Assembly: GCA_000004985.1 (NCBI GenBank)
Contig: GG738863.1
DNA: 64,000 nucleotides
Strand: one strand, 5' to 3'
Source of the DNA: Naegleria gruberi
Lineage: Eukaryota
A model generated the notes under the pieces. The model made no database searches. It had not been told where the DNA came from and was given only the letters and a program-made list of their open reading frames with translations. Positions within the stretch are counted from its first letter, which is position 1. Each line of letters opens with the position of its first letter. The position numbers and the translations under genes were made by a program. Shown piece after piece: positions 12,162-23,600 of this stretch.

Positions 12162-13085
12162 TTGCATAGTAGAGTGGCAAGCTATTTGATAGCTTGCGCA
12201 CACTTTTCATTGGGACAATTTGAATTTGGAGCTGGAAGGACTACACAATCAAAATATCACACCTATACTGCCATGTTTTATTTCAATAACATGACAGAGA
12301 GTCAAAAGGCAAATATGGGTAAATATGAAATAAGATTGATGAGAATGTTATCTGTCAATGACGGTCTTTCGGGAATTGATTTTGATTTTCGTACAATGAT
12401 ATCCAAATTGCCCAGGATTTTTGAACTCACTACAGGAATTGAGATACCTCCAGAAGTTAAGCAAGTTACACAACAAGATGTGTCACTTGCGAATATTGGA
12501 GATTATTTGAAAATTGTAGATATTATGGTATTTAAATTGTCAGAGCACTATCAAGCAGAAACCAACAATGTACATACTCAACTGATTGAAACAAGTGCCA
12601 AATTAATTTTAAATGGTCTCAGACTTGCTGTTCTACTCAAGTCTGGATACGATAGAAGTGTAATTGAAGAAGGAGCACTAAGAATTACATATAATGGAGA
12701 GAGTAATTTTGGTCTACCAATTCACACCTTGCCCTACATGGCATTGGCTTCTAAATTTCACTTGCAGATTGTAAAGAATATTGAACAAAGCCTCATTAAG
12801 AATAATCGAGATAATATTCTCCCTGATGGTCAAACTGGACCTGTTGACTATTACGTAATATTGGAAAAGGATTTAAACCTTCTCAGGGAAATGGGATTGA
12901 AATATAAACGAGTGCAGGTTTATTATGGACATTTAATAGAAGAAATGGAAATGATTTTAAGAGTGAAACGATCACGAACTGAGGTTACCATACCACTAGA
13001 AGAGAATTTAGGAATTTCAAGTGATGAATCATTTTTAAACATATTCAAGGACGTTTTTGGTTTTAATTTTGATGGATTTTACTAA
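12162..13085 (+). CDS. Open reading frame (307 aa), probably the C-terminal part of the Zn2Cys6 factor gene, or else a separate hypothetical gene
   Basis: Same strand, directly downstream of the gap. It begins at a TTG rather than an ATG, which suggests an internal exon. No motif recognised. Confidence 0.35.
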   Translation: MHSRVASYLIACAHFSLGQFEFGAGRTTQSKYHTYTAMFYFNNMTESQKANMGKYEIRLMRMLSVNDGLSGIDFDFRTMISKLPRIFELTTGIEIPPEVKQVTQQDVSLANIGDYLKIVDIMVFKLSEHYQAETNNVHTQLIETSAKLILNGLRLAVLLKSGYDRSVIEEGALRITYNGESNFGLPIHTLPYMALASKFHLQIVKNIEQSLIKNNRDNILPDGQTGPVDYYVILEKDLNLLREMGLKYKRVQVYYGHLIEEMEMILRVKRSRTEVTIPLEENLGISSDESFLNIFKDVFGFNFDGFY

Positions 13086-13120
13086 ATACTAGTAACTTTA
13101 TATCAAATTATTCAATAATT

Positions 13121-14077
13121 TTATTCAAAATAATAACCAAACATGACATCAAATTTTGAAGAAATAGGATTCGTTGTTGACAAGACCAACTTTCTTGCCT
13201 TGATATCAATGACGAATACCTTTCCGGTAGATGCCATAATGTAGTAATATCCATTCAATGAGGAATACGAAACAATATGATTAGAATTAAGACCAGTACC
13301 TGGGATTGAAAACCTTTCAACTTTTGTAGTGCTTGCATCAATAGTGATCAAGTCAACAGAATCATCTGAAGTTACTGGATAGTAAAGACCAATAACTAAA
13401 TCCAAACTTGAATCATAATCAAAATCACCAAATTCACTGAATTGATCCTCCAAAACAATGGCAGAAATCTTGTCATTCTTAATATCGAATTTGAGAATTC
13501 TGTTATGACCTGGAATCCATCCACCATCATTCACAACCATATAAAAAACATTTCTATTGAAATCAAAAGCACTGTAACTAGTTCGTACAGGAGTGAATGA
13601 TTGATTCATCATTCTGTCAATCTCCATCACATAATTAATTTGTCCATTATTTTGAGGAGAAACAGTAGCAAGTAAATAATTACGATCCTTAATCAAAACA
13701 ACCAAATTATCAGTTTTTGGATTATATTCCATATTTACAATATTTTGATTAATTGGAATTTGTTGTTTAACACTCAAAGACTTTCTATCAATATTATAAA
13801 GAATAGAATTGGTAAAGAGATGAATTAAATTATCCTTTCTATTCACAGAAGATGTTAAACCATATTGACTCTTGAAAGGTAATTGTTGTGATGATTGAAT
13901 TGTAAACTGTGGTAAAGACATGGACACGAGAGTGGTGTTTCCACCATTAGCTTCTGTTGTCACTAGTGAAACTAATTGACCTCCGAGTTGGGCAAAGACT
14001 GTTTGTTTATCACCAACAAGAAAACAGCAACAAACAAAAAGAACAGCCAGTGAAATAGTACCTATCGATCTAGACAT
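13121..14077 (-). CDS. Hypothetical secreted protein (318 aa) with a signal peptide
   Basis: ATG at 14077. MSRSIGTISLAVLFVCCCFLVG signal-like N-terminus. Beta-rich and T/S/N-rich. Confidence 0.5.
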   Translation of the reverse strand: MSRSIGTISLAVLFVCCCFLVGDKQTVFAQLGGQLVSLVTTEANGGNTTLVSMSLPQFTIQSSQQLPFKSQYGLTSSVNRKDNLIHLFTNSILYNIDRKSLSVKQQIPINQNIVNMEYNPKTDNLVVLIKDRNYLLATVSPQNNGQINYVMEIDRMMNQSFTPVRTSYSAFDFNRNVFYMVVNDGGWIPGHNRILKFDIKNDKISAIVLEDQFSEFGDFDYDSSLDLVIGLYYPVTSDDSVDLITIDASTTKVERFSIPGTGLNSNHIVSYSSLNGYYYIMASTGKVFVIDIKARKLVLSTTNPISSKFDVMFGYYFE

Positions 14078-14246
14078 TTTTTAAAGTTGATAAATTCATC
14101 AATGAGATTCTCGGAGCCACTACTAATTTAATAAAACTGCGGATTATTCAAAACTCCGCTCCCACATATTACAAGCCGATTCTCCTTAAACATACAAGAA
14201 TATCATAAGGAGTTGTAAAACAGCAGGGGTTTCACAGTAGTTCAAT

Positions 14247-17200
14247 TTATGGCTTTATTTGATCCTTTGTAGCTTTCCTTGGTTCATTTCTTAATGCCAA
14301 ATCATAAAGTGGTTTGTCTTCCATTTGCTTCCAATCAAAGAGTAAATAGGCGAGAAATTCCAATAATTGTACATTGATTCTAATCATGGCAGATTCATCT
14401 TGTGGTGAAGGATTTTGTTGTTGGGGAATTAATTTCAATTTGGCAAGAATCTTATCTCCTAACTTTCTTTTAAGAATGAGTTTTCTTGTTTTCTCAGGTA
14501 CTTGAGCGATGAGTGGTGTGCAGATTGATGGTTTTTTCAATCTTCTTGAATGGAGACGTTTCATGGTTTGAGTCATGAGTTGATACTTGTGACAATTAAA
14601 AATAACACCATACTTGCTAGAAACAAAGTCATTATGACTCTCACTGATAAATGAAATATCTGTCAATAGGGCACCAAGGAATGGAACGAGCAATTCTGAT
14701 TCTTTTGCTATTGCTTCCTGTCTTAGGCCTTTCACTGTACATTTTTCTGATATGGTTGTTACCATTGAATGTAATTCTTTTCCTAAAAGTTCTTGACATC
14801 TGGCAAGAGTAAATTTGTTACTTCCAAGAGCTGAAGAATTTATGGTACTCGTACAAATCATGGTAGTACTAAAATCATTGACACTAAAACTCAATGCCTT
14901 AATTTGTTCAATCTTTTCCAATATCTGTGAACGCTTTTCTAGAGATGGCTCAGAAAGGCAGGAAACTAGGAGGTAATTACTCAAATTATTGAAAATATTG
15001 CAGAGCTTTTTAAGAACCATGAATCTAGTCTGTGAAGGGTCGTAGTTTTGTGGAGAGCTAGACTTGTATACAAGTGTTCTACTTTCAAATAAGCTGACAT
15101 GTCTGAACAAGTAGTCCATCAGTATAAATTGATGAAAGACAAAATCTTCTACTGTACATAAAGGAGGTGAATTTTCACTTTGAGAAATGAAAATACTTTT
15201 TGATTCCAATGTTGCTGAAACGAATGGGTTATTCTCTGGTGTTGGTAGTTGAGATGAGGTAGTATTACTTGGTTGAATGGAGCGAGAGAGAATTAGATCA
15301 TTCATCATGGAAGAGCACTCAAAATCCAATGAATCTTTGGTCATATCAATAAGCTTGAAGAGTTTGATACATTTTTTGTGAATGACATTATCACCATTTG
15401 AAAAACTACAATGACAAAGAGCATAGGAGGCAAAAGCTTCGACCAATTCAATCATATGGACCTCGCACAACGCACCATTGGTTCTATAAAAATCAAGAGT
15501 GGAATATCTTTTGAATCCAAAATCCTTAATCCAAATAAATAGCACATCCAATAAAACCTCAACTTCAAATAGGTATTGCTTGAAAAAATCATGCCTCACC
15601 TCTGGATTATTTTGAACTTGAGCACGAATGAATGACTTTTCAATATTTGGGAAGCATCTCATCCATAACTTTTCATGATTTTCAGTATCTAATGTAAAGA
15701 CTCTCTCAAATAATTTGTACAAGAGCATTTCTGGAGTGATTTTTGATGCTGCAATATTGGAAATCATTGATTCATAAACACCTTCTGGTGTGTTGATATC
15801 ATTGTAATTCTTTTGCTTGTTATCCTTTTGAAGATTCAGTGAAGCGTTGCACAATTTGCACAACTCATTATATACGAGTGGTTGCTGTGAGACCATGTAG
15901 AAGAATTGAAGATAGAGATTGCAATAAGTGTCGTGTCTTTCCTGAAGTGTACGCTTAAAAATCTCAGAAGGACTTTCAGTGATGGCAATGGCTGAGAAGA
16001 ATAGAGGCGACTCTGACAATATGTCATCAGCATTAGGGGAAGTTATCGATGAGGTATCTGGACTTGCATTTGGAGTCTTGGTGTTAAAGAGAGCCCCTAA
16101 CTTTTTCTTGGTCGAATTGGCCTTCTCTGATGAAGCCACACTACCACGAGGTGTCAGAGAATTGGATCGTTTCTTTCTCAAATCATTCATAATCTTCCAA
16201 TGATCTTGTGCCCAAATATTAATCTTGATTTGTGATTCCCATTCTTGTTTTTCTCTTTCATTCAATGCAAATAATTTTTCATCTTCAGAACTGTTGGCCA
16301 ATTGATTCATTAAATCCTGTCTTACAATTCTCGAATGCATAAGTGAACAAAATTTGTACAAAATTCCACTTGATGCCTCCTCACCTGAAAAATCTCTAGC
16401 AACAAAGTGATGAATGAGTGCTACCTGAGAGAGTGTATTATTAACTTGTAGAGAAGATGCCTTTTTCTGAGAGTTTGGTAAATTTACCATTATGGTTGAC
16501 CTTCTCTCCCTCGATGTCACATGAGCATTCACTTCATCACCTTCCACACCTATTATACAAGTATCATAATCTGCATCAATGAGAATGGTTGCCCATCTTT
16601 TACAGACCCATCTCAAACTACATCGTTGTTCACTTCTCGAAATGAAACTAAATATGAAAGGCATTAAATCGAATTTCTCCCACCATCCAATTGAGGAATG
16701 TTGATTAATGGCTGTCATCTTTTTAGCCTTTCCATTTGATGAACCATGTCCAATATTCGTAATTTGAAATGATTTCTCCCTGAAAAAGTTAATTACATTA
16801 TTCTTGGTTTGAGGAAGACCTTCAGAGAAGGAATTTGAAGAATTGGAATGATCGGAAGTGGTCGATCTTCCAGAGAAGGTTCTTGGAGTTTTAGAATCAG
16901 CACTGGTAGGTGTTGGTGTTGAGTAGCAAGCGTCCATTGTTGTTGTTGATGTTATTGAATTTGGTGAGAGTGCTCTATTTAAATTGGTTGAATTATTTGA
17001 AACTGTTGGTAGAAAAGTTGGAAGTGAGAGTGATGGTAAATCGTCTTCTGAAATTCTAAATTGTTCGGGAAGAGGTTGCAAGTAGTGTAATGATGTCGAG
17101 GTGGAGGACTGTTTAGCAGTGCTGGATGCCTTACCAACTTGAAGTAAATTCATAGAGGCTGCTTCTCTATACAATTGTTTTCCTTCTGTTGTCGTTGCTG

Positions 17201-17876
17201 TTTGATTGTTATTATTACTATTATTGCTATTGTTATTACTACCATTAGTATTATTAGATGGTGTGGGCTGATTATCCACAATGATATTTGGATTATTTAC
17301 TTGGTGATGATGATTGGATTCTTCTCCACTCGATAAAGAATGATGATGAGTGAATCGAGAGGGTGAATTTGCTTCATTATTATTAGTACTATTTGTTGTA
17401 CTCTTGGAACGTATTCGGGGAGAGGAAGCAGCTGAAGATGATGCTCTTCTTCTTCCATTTCCAGTGTTAGGTGATGAAGATGATGAATTTTCATGATAAC
17501 AAGTAGTACCATTAGTAGTATTAGTATTGTTATTATTCATATTAGATTGAAAAGCATGAACATCTCCAACATAGAATGTCGAATTAATCAATTCATCCGG
17601 ATTATTAGAACCACTCGATTCCAAATACGAAGAGGGTGAAGAATTCAATAGGAATTGAATCAGAGTTTGTGGTATCGATCCAACCCTTCTCAACTCTCCA
17701 TCATTATCATTGGATGCAACAACATTACCCGATGTTAGTGGTGATAGAGGTGAAGAGGGCAAAACAGGTGAGCCGACTGAAGAAGCATTTTCTCGTAAGT
17801 TTGTTGGCGGGAGGAATGTAGTGTTGCTTTGTGGACTGTTTGCTAGAGAATTCGTTCTTCTCTTGCTGGTAGACAT
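14247..17876 (-). CDS. Ras guanine-nucleotide exchange factor (CDC25-homology RasGEF domain) with an internal F-box-like motif and a long S/N-rich N-terminal region (~1209 aa), single exon
   Basis: C-terminal …LEKIEQIKALSFSVNDFSTTMICTSTINSSALG… and VPFLGALLTDISFISESH match RasGEF catalytic-domain motifs (NFNSLMAI…ALNSS; IPFLGxYLTDLxFI). F-box-like LMPFIFSFIS…CSLRWVCKRWATIL. The likely ATG is at 17876; the track start at 17915 is a TTG. Confidence 0.75.
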   Translation of the reverse strand: MSTSKRRTNSLANSPQSNTTFLPPTNLRENASSVGSPVLPSSPLSPLTSGNVVASNDNDGELRRVGSIPQTLIQFLLNSSPSSYLESSGSNNPDELINSTFYVGDVHAFQSNMNNNNTNTTNGTTCYHENSSSSSPNTGNGRRRASSSAASSPRIRSKSTTNSTNNNEANSPSRFTHHHSLSSGEESNHHHQVNNPNIIVDNQPTPSNNTNGSNNNSNNSNNNNQTATTTEGKQLYREAASMNLLQVGKASSTAKQSSTSTSLHYLQPLPEQFRISEDDLPSLSLPTFLPTVSNNSTNLNRALSPNSITSTTTMDACYSTPTPTSADSKTPRTFSGRSTTSDHSNSSNSFSEGLPQTKNNVINFFREKSFQITNIGHGSSNGKAKKMTAINQHSSIGWWEKFDLMPFIFSFISRSEQRCSLRWVCKRWATILIDADYDTCIIGVEGDEVNAHVTSRERRSTIMVNLPNSQKKASSLQVNNTLSQVALIHHFVARDFSGEEASSGILYKFCSLMHSRIVRQDLMNQLANSSEDEKLFALNEREKQEWESQIKINIWAQDHWKIMNDLRKKRSNSLTPRGSVASSEKANSTKKKLGALFNTKTPNASPDTSSITSPNADDILSESPLFFSAIAITESPSEIFKRTLQERHDTYCNLYLQFFYMVSQQPLVYNELCKLCNASLNLQKDNKQKNYNDINTPEGVYESMISNIAASKITPEMLLYKLFERVFTLDTENHEKLWMRCFPNIEKSFIRAQVQNNPEVRHDFFKQYLFEVEVLLDVLFIWIKDFGFKRYSTLDFYRTNGALCEVHMIELVEAFASYALCHCSFSNGDNVIHKKCIKLFKLIDMTKDSLDFECSSMMNDLILSRSIQPSNTTSSQLPTPENNPFVSATLESKSIFISQSENSPPLCTVEDFVFHQFILMDYLFRHVSLFESRTLVYKSSSPQNYDPSQTRFMVLKKLCNIFNNLSNYLLVSCLSEPSLEKRSQILEKIEQIKALSFSVNDFSTTMICTSTINSSALGSNKFTLARCQELLGKELHSMVTTISEKCTVKGLRQEAIAKESELLVPFLGALLTDISFISESHNDFVSSKYGVIFNCHKYQLMTQTMKRLHSRRLKKPSICTPLIAQVPEKTRKLILKRKLGDKILAKLKLIPQQQNPSPQDESAMIRINVQLLEFLAYLLFDWKQMEDKPLYDLALRNEPRKATKDQIKP

Positions 17877-18231
17877 TCTTCTAGTTGATATAATAAACGT
17901 GTGTTGGAGAAGCAACCAAACAGACTGAAAGAGATCTGGAGTTGATGATGTTTTTTTGGTGAATGTTGACAGAATTTAAAACTAGACAGGAGGGAACTGC
18001 CCACATCACACCTCTCTTTCCAACAGTTGCTAATGTCTCATCTTTCGTGGGGCGTGTGGCAATAAAAGGATTGCACTTGTGTCAATAACTCTCAGCTTTC
18101 TCTGTTTGGTCAGTAAATGGTATTGATAATGACATTGCTCTGGCAATCTAGATGGAAAGAAGAGCTCTGTTGAGAAATGATAATAAATTAAAATTGTTTA
18201 TGATGAAAGGTTTAAATTAATTGCAAACCAT

Positions 18232-19115
18232 TTACTTTTCATAGACCCATTGGGCGTTGGCAAGTTCATAATTGGCAACTTCTTCAGGCTTGAACCAGAG
18301 GTTGATTTCATCTTTAGCAGTTTCAACAGAATCAGAACCATGGACACTATTTCTACCGACTGTTGTTGTTATAAATCAAGATGATGAATATGGATGAAAA
18401 TATATAATGATGGAGCAGAATAATATAGGTGATCCAATATTATTAAGAGCCGCAATGGTATCATATTGTATCATAGTAGAAATAATAATAGAATTAGAAA
18501 AACACAAAATGACAAGAAATATTACTTACCATCAACAGAGAGATCACCACGAATAGTTCCTGGTGGAGCAACAAGTGGATTGGTGGCACCAATCATGACA
18601 CGAGAATAGGAAATAACACCCTTACCCTCTATAGTTGAATAATATGATGAAGAAACAAATTCATACAAATCAACAAACAACAAATTGTGAGCATCGAAAA
18701 AGTGTTAATAACAAGATCGTTAGAACAAACAAAATATAATAAGAAAATACTAACCAGCAACAATACAGACGAGTGGAAGACCAGTCATGTAATCAACCAA
18801 ACCAGCAAAGAATGGTCTACCCTTCAAGTCATGGTAGTGAGCTTCAATTTGTTGACGAGTTGGAGTAACCATCTTCAAACCAACAATCTTGTAACCCTTC
18901 TTTTCGAGTCTGCCGAGAATTTCAGAAATGTTACCACGTTGAATAGCGTCATACTTGATAGCCATGAAGGTTCTTTCATGTCTAGTACCAGCAACACCTT
19001 GTGGTGGGAGACCTTCAGCAACCAATTGAGCCTTGTTTTGATTCTTGCCGTAGAGGGTAGCAGATACAAGGATAGCAGCACTAATAACACCGACCTTTCC
19101 AATTCTTGACAACAT
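18232..19115 (-). CDS. Nucleoside diphosphate kinase, three exons (19115-18755, 18628-18530, 18359-18232; introns 18754-18629 and 18529-18360), ~195 aa, with a hydrophobic N-terminal extension
   Basis: Exon 1: [14 protein letters not shown]…[14 protein letters not shown]. Exon 2: [33 protein letters not shown]. Exon 3: [23 protein letters not shown]…* (NDK active-site region). Donors GTTAGT/GTAAGT, acceptors AG, and the phases close the frame. Confidence 0.85.
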
Positions 19116-19311
19116 TTTTTTTCGAAAACAATTTTAATATTTTATTGTTGAATATAATTTTTAACGGTGCAAGTACACACCTAGAATCTTTCAGGACCTT
19201 ATTAGTAATTTCGCGAGTTTAATTTGCACTCCTGAAAACTACAGAGACAGTTGTTTTGCTTAATAGCAAAGGACGTTGAAAACTAAGGAATCAATGTTTC
19301 ACATTTGAATT

Positions 19312-20451
19312 TTACACTTTGGAATCATATTGATGAACATCTTGAGAGGTCAGAACAACTTGAGTTGGTTCTGGTGGTTGATAGACAACAACACCAGCCT
19401 CAGCAGAAAAGTAATTGCAAGCAACAGTTGGTTCTTGTGCCACTACTGTTGCAGTATTAGATGATAACGGTTGCATGGTTGGAGAATAGTATTGAACTGT
19501 GCTCATGGTTTGAATCTTTTGTGGTTCAATATAGGCAATAATTGGCACACCTCTTCTCCTTCTGTGAATTATTGATCCAATCACTACACATAGAGCCAAT
19601 AGTAAGCAAATGGCAAAGCTAGCCATCACAATACCAAAGATTGTCCCCAAGTAAGGTGCATCATCTTCCACATTGAACAGATTAATGACCAAACGACACA
19701 ATTCACTCTCCACACATTGAATATGAAGATAGAATGGAACATAGTGTTTCTCATCTAGTTCAGGTACGTCGTTTGGAACATCAATTTCCAACATCTTATA
19801 ATTCAATGAAGAGAGAGTGTAAGGAGTAAACTGAACTTGTTCAGTATTATTAAAGGCGAATCCAACATGAATTGTTTGTGAGCCTCCAATTTGTTGATTA
19901 ACATTTCCGCTCATCAATACTAGATTGTTGTGCTTTCCCTTACGAACTTGTTTTTGACTAAAGAACCTCTGAAATCCATAGGATGGGATGTAAACAGTTC
20001 TTTTTCCAATGTTCAATGTTTCAAATCCAATTGTCATTTCAAAATCAACTGTAAATTCTGTTGGTGCTGTGAATATTAAATAATCTCCTGATGATGAAGT
20101 TCCTGTAATGATAACAACCTTATCTGTCTCTCTTGATGAATATTTAATAATGCCATTGTAGACTACTGATGTGTTTGTATTCGTATCAGAGAAGGGAGAT
20201 GTTCCGACAGATATCGGCAAACTCGAATTAAAAGATAATGTATACATTCCAGCAAAGTACTTGTTAGATGAGGCGATTGCATATTGTGCTCGTACAATAG
20301 TTATAACTGAGGTAAATGGAAGAGATAAAATACAGATCAACACAATGATCATTAGATAGAGTACACTTTGTCGCTGATGCTTAAACAGCTGCGTTGATGA
20401 ATTAATGGTGGACAATCTCTGAAATAAAAACATTATTGATTGATAAGGCAT
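19312..20451 (-). CDS. Hypothetical type-I membrane protein (379 aa): signal/anchor, lumenal domain, one TM (IFGIVMASFAICLLLALCVVIGSII), basic cytoplasmic tail
   Basis: Uninterrupted ORF with an ATG at 20451. Hydrophobicity pattern read by eye. Confidence 0.5.
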   Translation of the reverse strand: MPYQSIMFLFQRLSTINSSTQLFKHQRQSVLYLMIIVLICILSLPFTSVITIVRAQYAIASSNKYFAGMYTLSFNSSLPISVGTSPFSDTNTNTSVVYNGIIKYSSRETDKVVIITGTSSSGDYLIFTAPTEFTVDFEMTIGFETLNIGKRTVYIPSYGFQRFFSQKQVRKGKHNNLVLMSGNVNQQIGGSQTIHVGFAFNNTEQVQFTPYTLSSLNYKMLEIDVPNDVPELDEKHYVPFYLHIQCVESELCRLVINLFNVEDDAPYLGTIFGIVMASFAICLLLALCVVIGSIIHRRRRGVPIIAYIEPQKIQTMSTVQYYSPTMQPLSSNTATVVAQEPTVACNYFSAEAGVVVYQPPEPTQVVLTSQDVHQYDSKV

Positions 20452-20612
20452 TTTTTTTTATAGTTGTTAAGGTTTTGTTTTTGTTCGTAACAGCAGCAGT
20501 AATGCAACTAATTGACTTTTCGTTTTTGGTGGCGCAGTTTTAAATATGCAATCAGAGAATCTTCAAAATTCTCTCTGAATTTATAATATTCAAGATAAAA
20601 ATATGATTTTAT

Positions 20613-23600
20613 TTACTTTGAAAAGTAAGGATCTTTGAGGATATCCTTGGCACTTGGTCTTGATGATGAATCTTTGGTGAGCATTTTCAAACAGATGGAA
20701 ATGAGTTCTTCTGAATAATTAGAAGTTTGTTTCATCTTGTCGTGGAGAATTTCACAAACTTGTTTTTCATCCTTTGAGAGGTACATGTGACTGATGGCTG
20801 TTGTGTTATCCTTTGTCATGAGTTGGTAGATTGTTACTCCCAAACTCCAAATATCAGTATTGGAATTATAACTAGCTCCCAATCCAAGTTCAGGACTCAT
20901 GTCTTTAGAAGAATGGTTAAATATCTTACAATGAAATTGAAAAAACTTACAAAGTGGAGTTCCTGCATATGATTGCATAGCTGATGCATGATTGTCCTTT
21001 GCAAGACCAAAATCAGCAAGAATAGTATGAATACTTGTATCATCAATACTCTTAATGAAAATATTGGACAATTTAACATCACGATGGATGGCCTTCAAAT
21101 TGGAGTGAACAAAATCCAAAGCACTACACATTTGATACACTATTTGTTTGACAATGACTTCACCACAGAAAGGAGTTTCAGGTTTGATGAATGCAGATAA
21201 ATCTCCCTTCTCATAAAATTCCATATCCATGCAGAGAATTTCCTGCTTGTCCACAAATAAATCATTCACTTTCAGAATATTTGGATGACTGATATTCATC
21301 AATTGCATTCCTTCTTTCATGATTGCGTTCAACTCTCCAAAGCTTTTAAATTTAATAATTTTCAGAGCTTTGGTCTTGTTTGTTTTGGTGTCAAATGCTT
21401 TTTTTGAAATATTAGAAACTAATCAAATAATAATACAAACCTTTGAAGACACTTCCAAATGCTCCTTGTCCAATCTTGGTTAATTCTTTGTATCTAGAGA
21501 GAGGATCAAATGTTGCTTCACTATTTGTAACAGAAGACATGCTACTGCTGAGAGGTCTGAAAAAGCTGTCATCTGTTGGGAAATCAGAAATTTGATCAAA
21601 AGTGCTGGCATTAGCATCCTTCATTTCAAAGTTTTGACGAGATTTCACAACAGAATTGGTTACAGTTGATCCTTGTTTCTTGAGTTTCATATAAGCAATC
21701 ACAAATGCAACAATTACAACTATCAAAATTGTAATGAACAGCACAACTAACACAGGTACAAGAACTGCAATAAGAACGATTTGTCCATTATTGCTATCCA
21801 CTCTTCCACCACTAGTACTTGTTGAATTCAAAGTTACTGGAGTTGAAATTAAACATTGAGAACCACTCCATGTAGAAGAACATTGACAAGTATCTGGAGC
21901 AATACAGCTTCCTTGAAGTGGGCCACCACATGAACTCGATCCAACAGCTCCATAACAAATTGGTGTACATGTTGTAATGTTCAAAGAATATCCACTATCA
22001 CAATATGGTGTTAGTTTGTAAATATTTCTCCTTTCAGAAACGTAGAGCTCTCCATTTTCTCCATAAATAATACGAGAGGGATCAGCAGAAAGGACTATTG
22101 TTGTTGATAAATTAAAAAATAAAAGAGGAATAACCACTTACATGGCAGTGTAATGTTTGTGAAAGTACCACCAGTTTGGAAACGAGAAACTCCCAAACTT
22201 CCTCCCACAAAAATAGTTCCATCAGAAGCAATGGCTAAACCAGTTTTTTTAACAGTTCCTATTATTTCATTATGTAAGATTAATCTATTATTTGGAAATA
22301 CTAACCGAGGTAATTAATGGAAGTTGAGGTTATAGTTTTGAGATAGTAACTGGTATCGTCCAAGAAATAAATTCGCTTATCAAGAGGTGAAACTGTCATG
22401 GCATTGGCGAAAACTGGTGAATCAAGAGGGACTGATGGAGATGTTTTACTAACACTTTGTGAGCCTCCAGCAACTGTGGTCACCATTCTCGTCGAAAATG
22501 AAATCTTTCTAATCTTTGCAGTGGCCAAATCAAAATAGTACAAATATTCGTTATCAACTGCTATTCTATAACAATTCATAGTAGTATTGAGTGCAGGAAT
22601 ATTTTCTGCAAAGTTGGAACTACTGGACGATCCGGCAAATATTGAAATGGATTTGTTTGAGGGATCAATCATACGGATACTTTGAAAAGAAGAAGAATAA
22701 ATAATGCCATTCTTAATTACAAAGTCTGAAGGAATAAGAGCAATTCGTTCGTAGGAATCAGGATTTTCGGTGGCAATACTATAAGATCCAATTACTCTTT
22801 CTATCTTTCCATCTGTTTTGATTTTGTAAATAATGTTAAAAACTGTAAAATATAATTCAGAATTCCAAAAGTACATGGTATTTCCAAAGGTATCTACTTT
22901 CATCTTGGTGGCTAATGTTTTATCTTGATTAACAATATAATTACCAACATTTCTCAGTGCTGAAAAAGCTGAATCTCCAGCTTTGAAAGTATTAATTTCA
23001 TATTCAAAAGTATTAGCAACAAATATATCAGTTCCATTATCTGAATATCCAATTGCTTGTGGATTTGCGAAATCATTGGCAGAATTAATTAGATTATCTG
23101 ATAGATCTTTTGTTGTGTCATATTGAAAAACGTTAGTACCAAAGGTTACCAGTAAATAGTTATTAAAAGTGGCCACTGCAGTAATTTTGTTGGTTAAAGT
23201 TAAATAAGTACTAGTTGAGTTATCAGCTAATGTGAGCATGATTCTTTTGTTTTCGCTATCTGCAGTGAAAACTCTACCATCGAATGATACTGAAACTGAG
23301 TGAGGATGCCAAAGTTGCTGATTATTTTTACCTGGTCGATTACCAACTCCAATAAGAGTCTCAATAAAACCATTTGAATTGATTCTTCTCATTTTGTTAT
23401 TAAAAGTATCTGCAATATAGACAATATCTGTCATTGTTTGATTATCGTACCAAACACTCACACCAAGAGGGTTGTTCAATTTTGCACTTGTTGCCAAAAT
23501 ATTATCTCCATTATATCCAGGACTTCCTGTTCCAGCAATTGTTGTAATAATATTGGTAATTGGATCAATTCGTCTAATTCTATGATTGTATGTATCAGCA

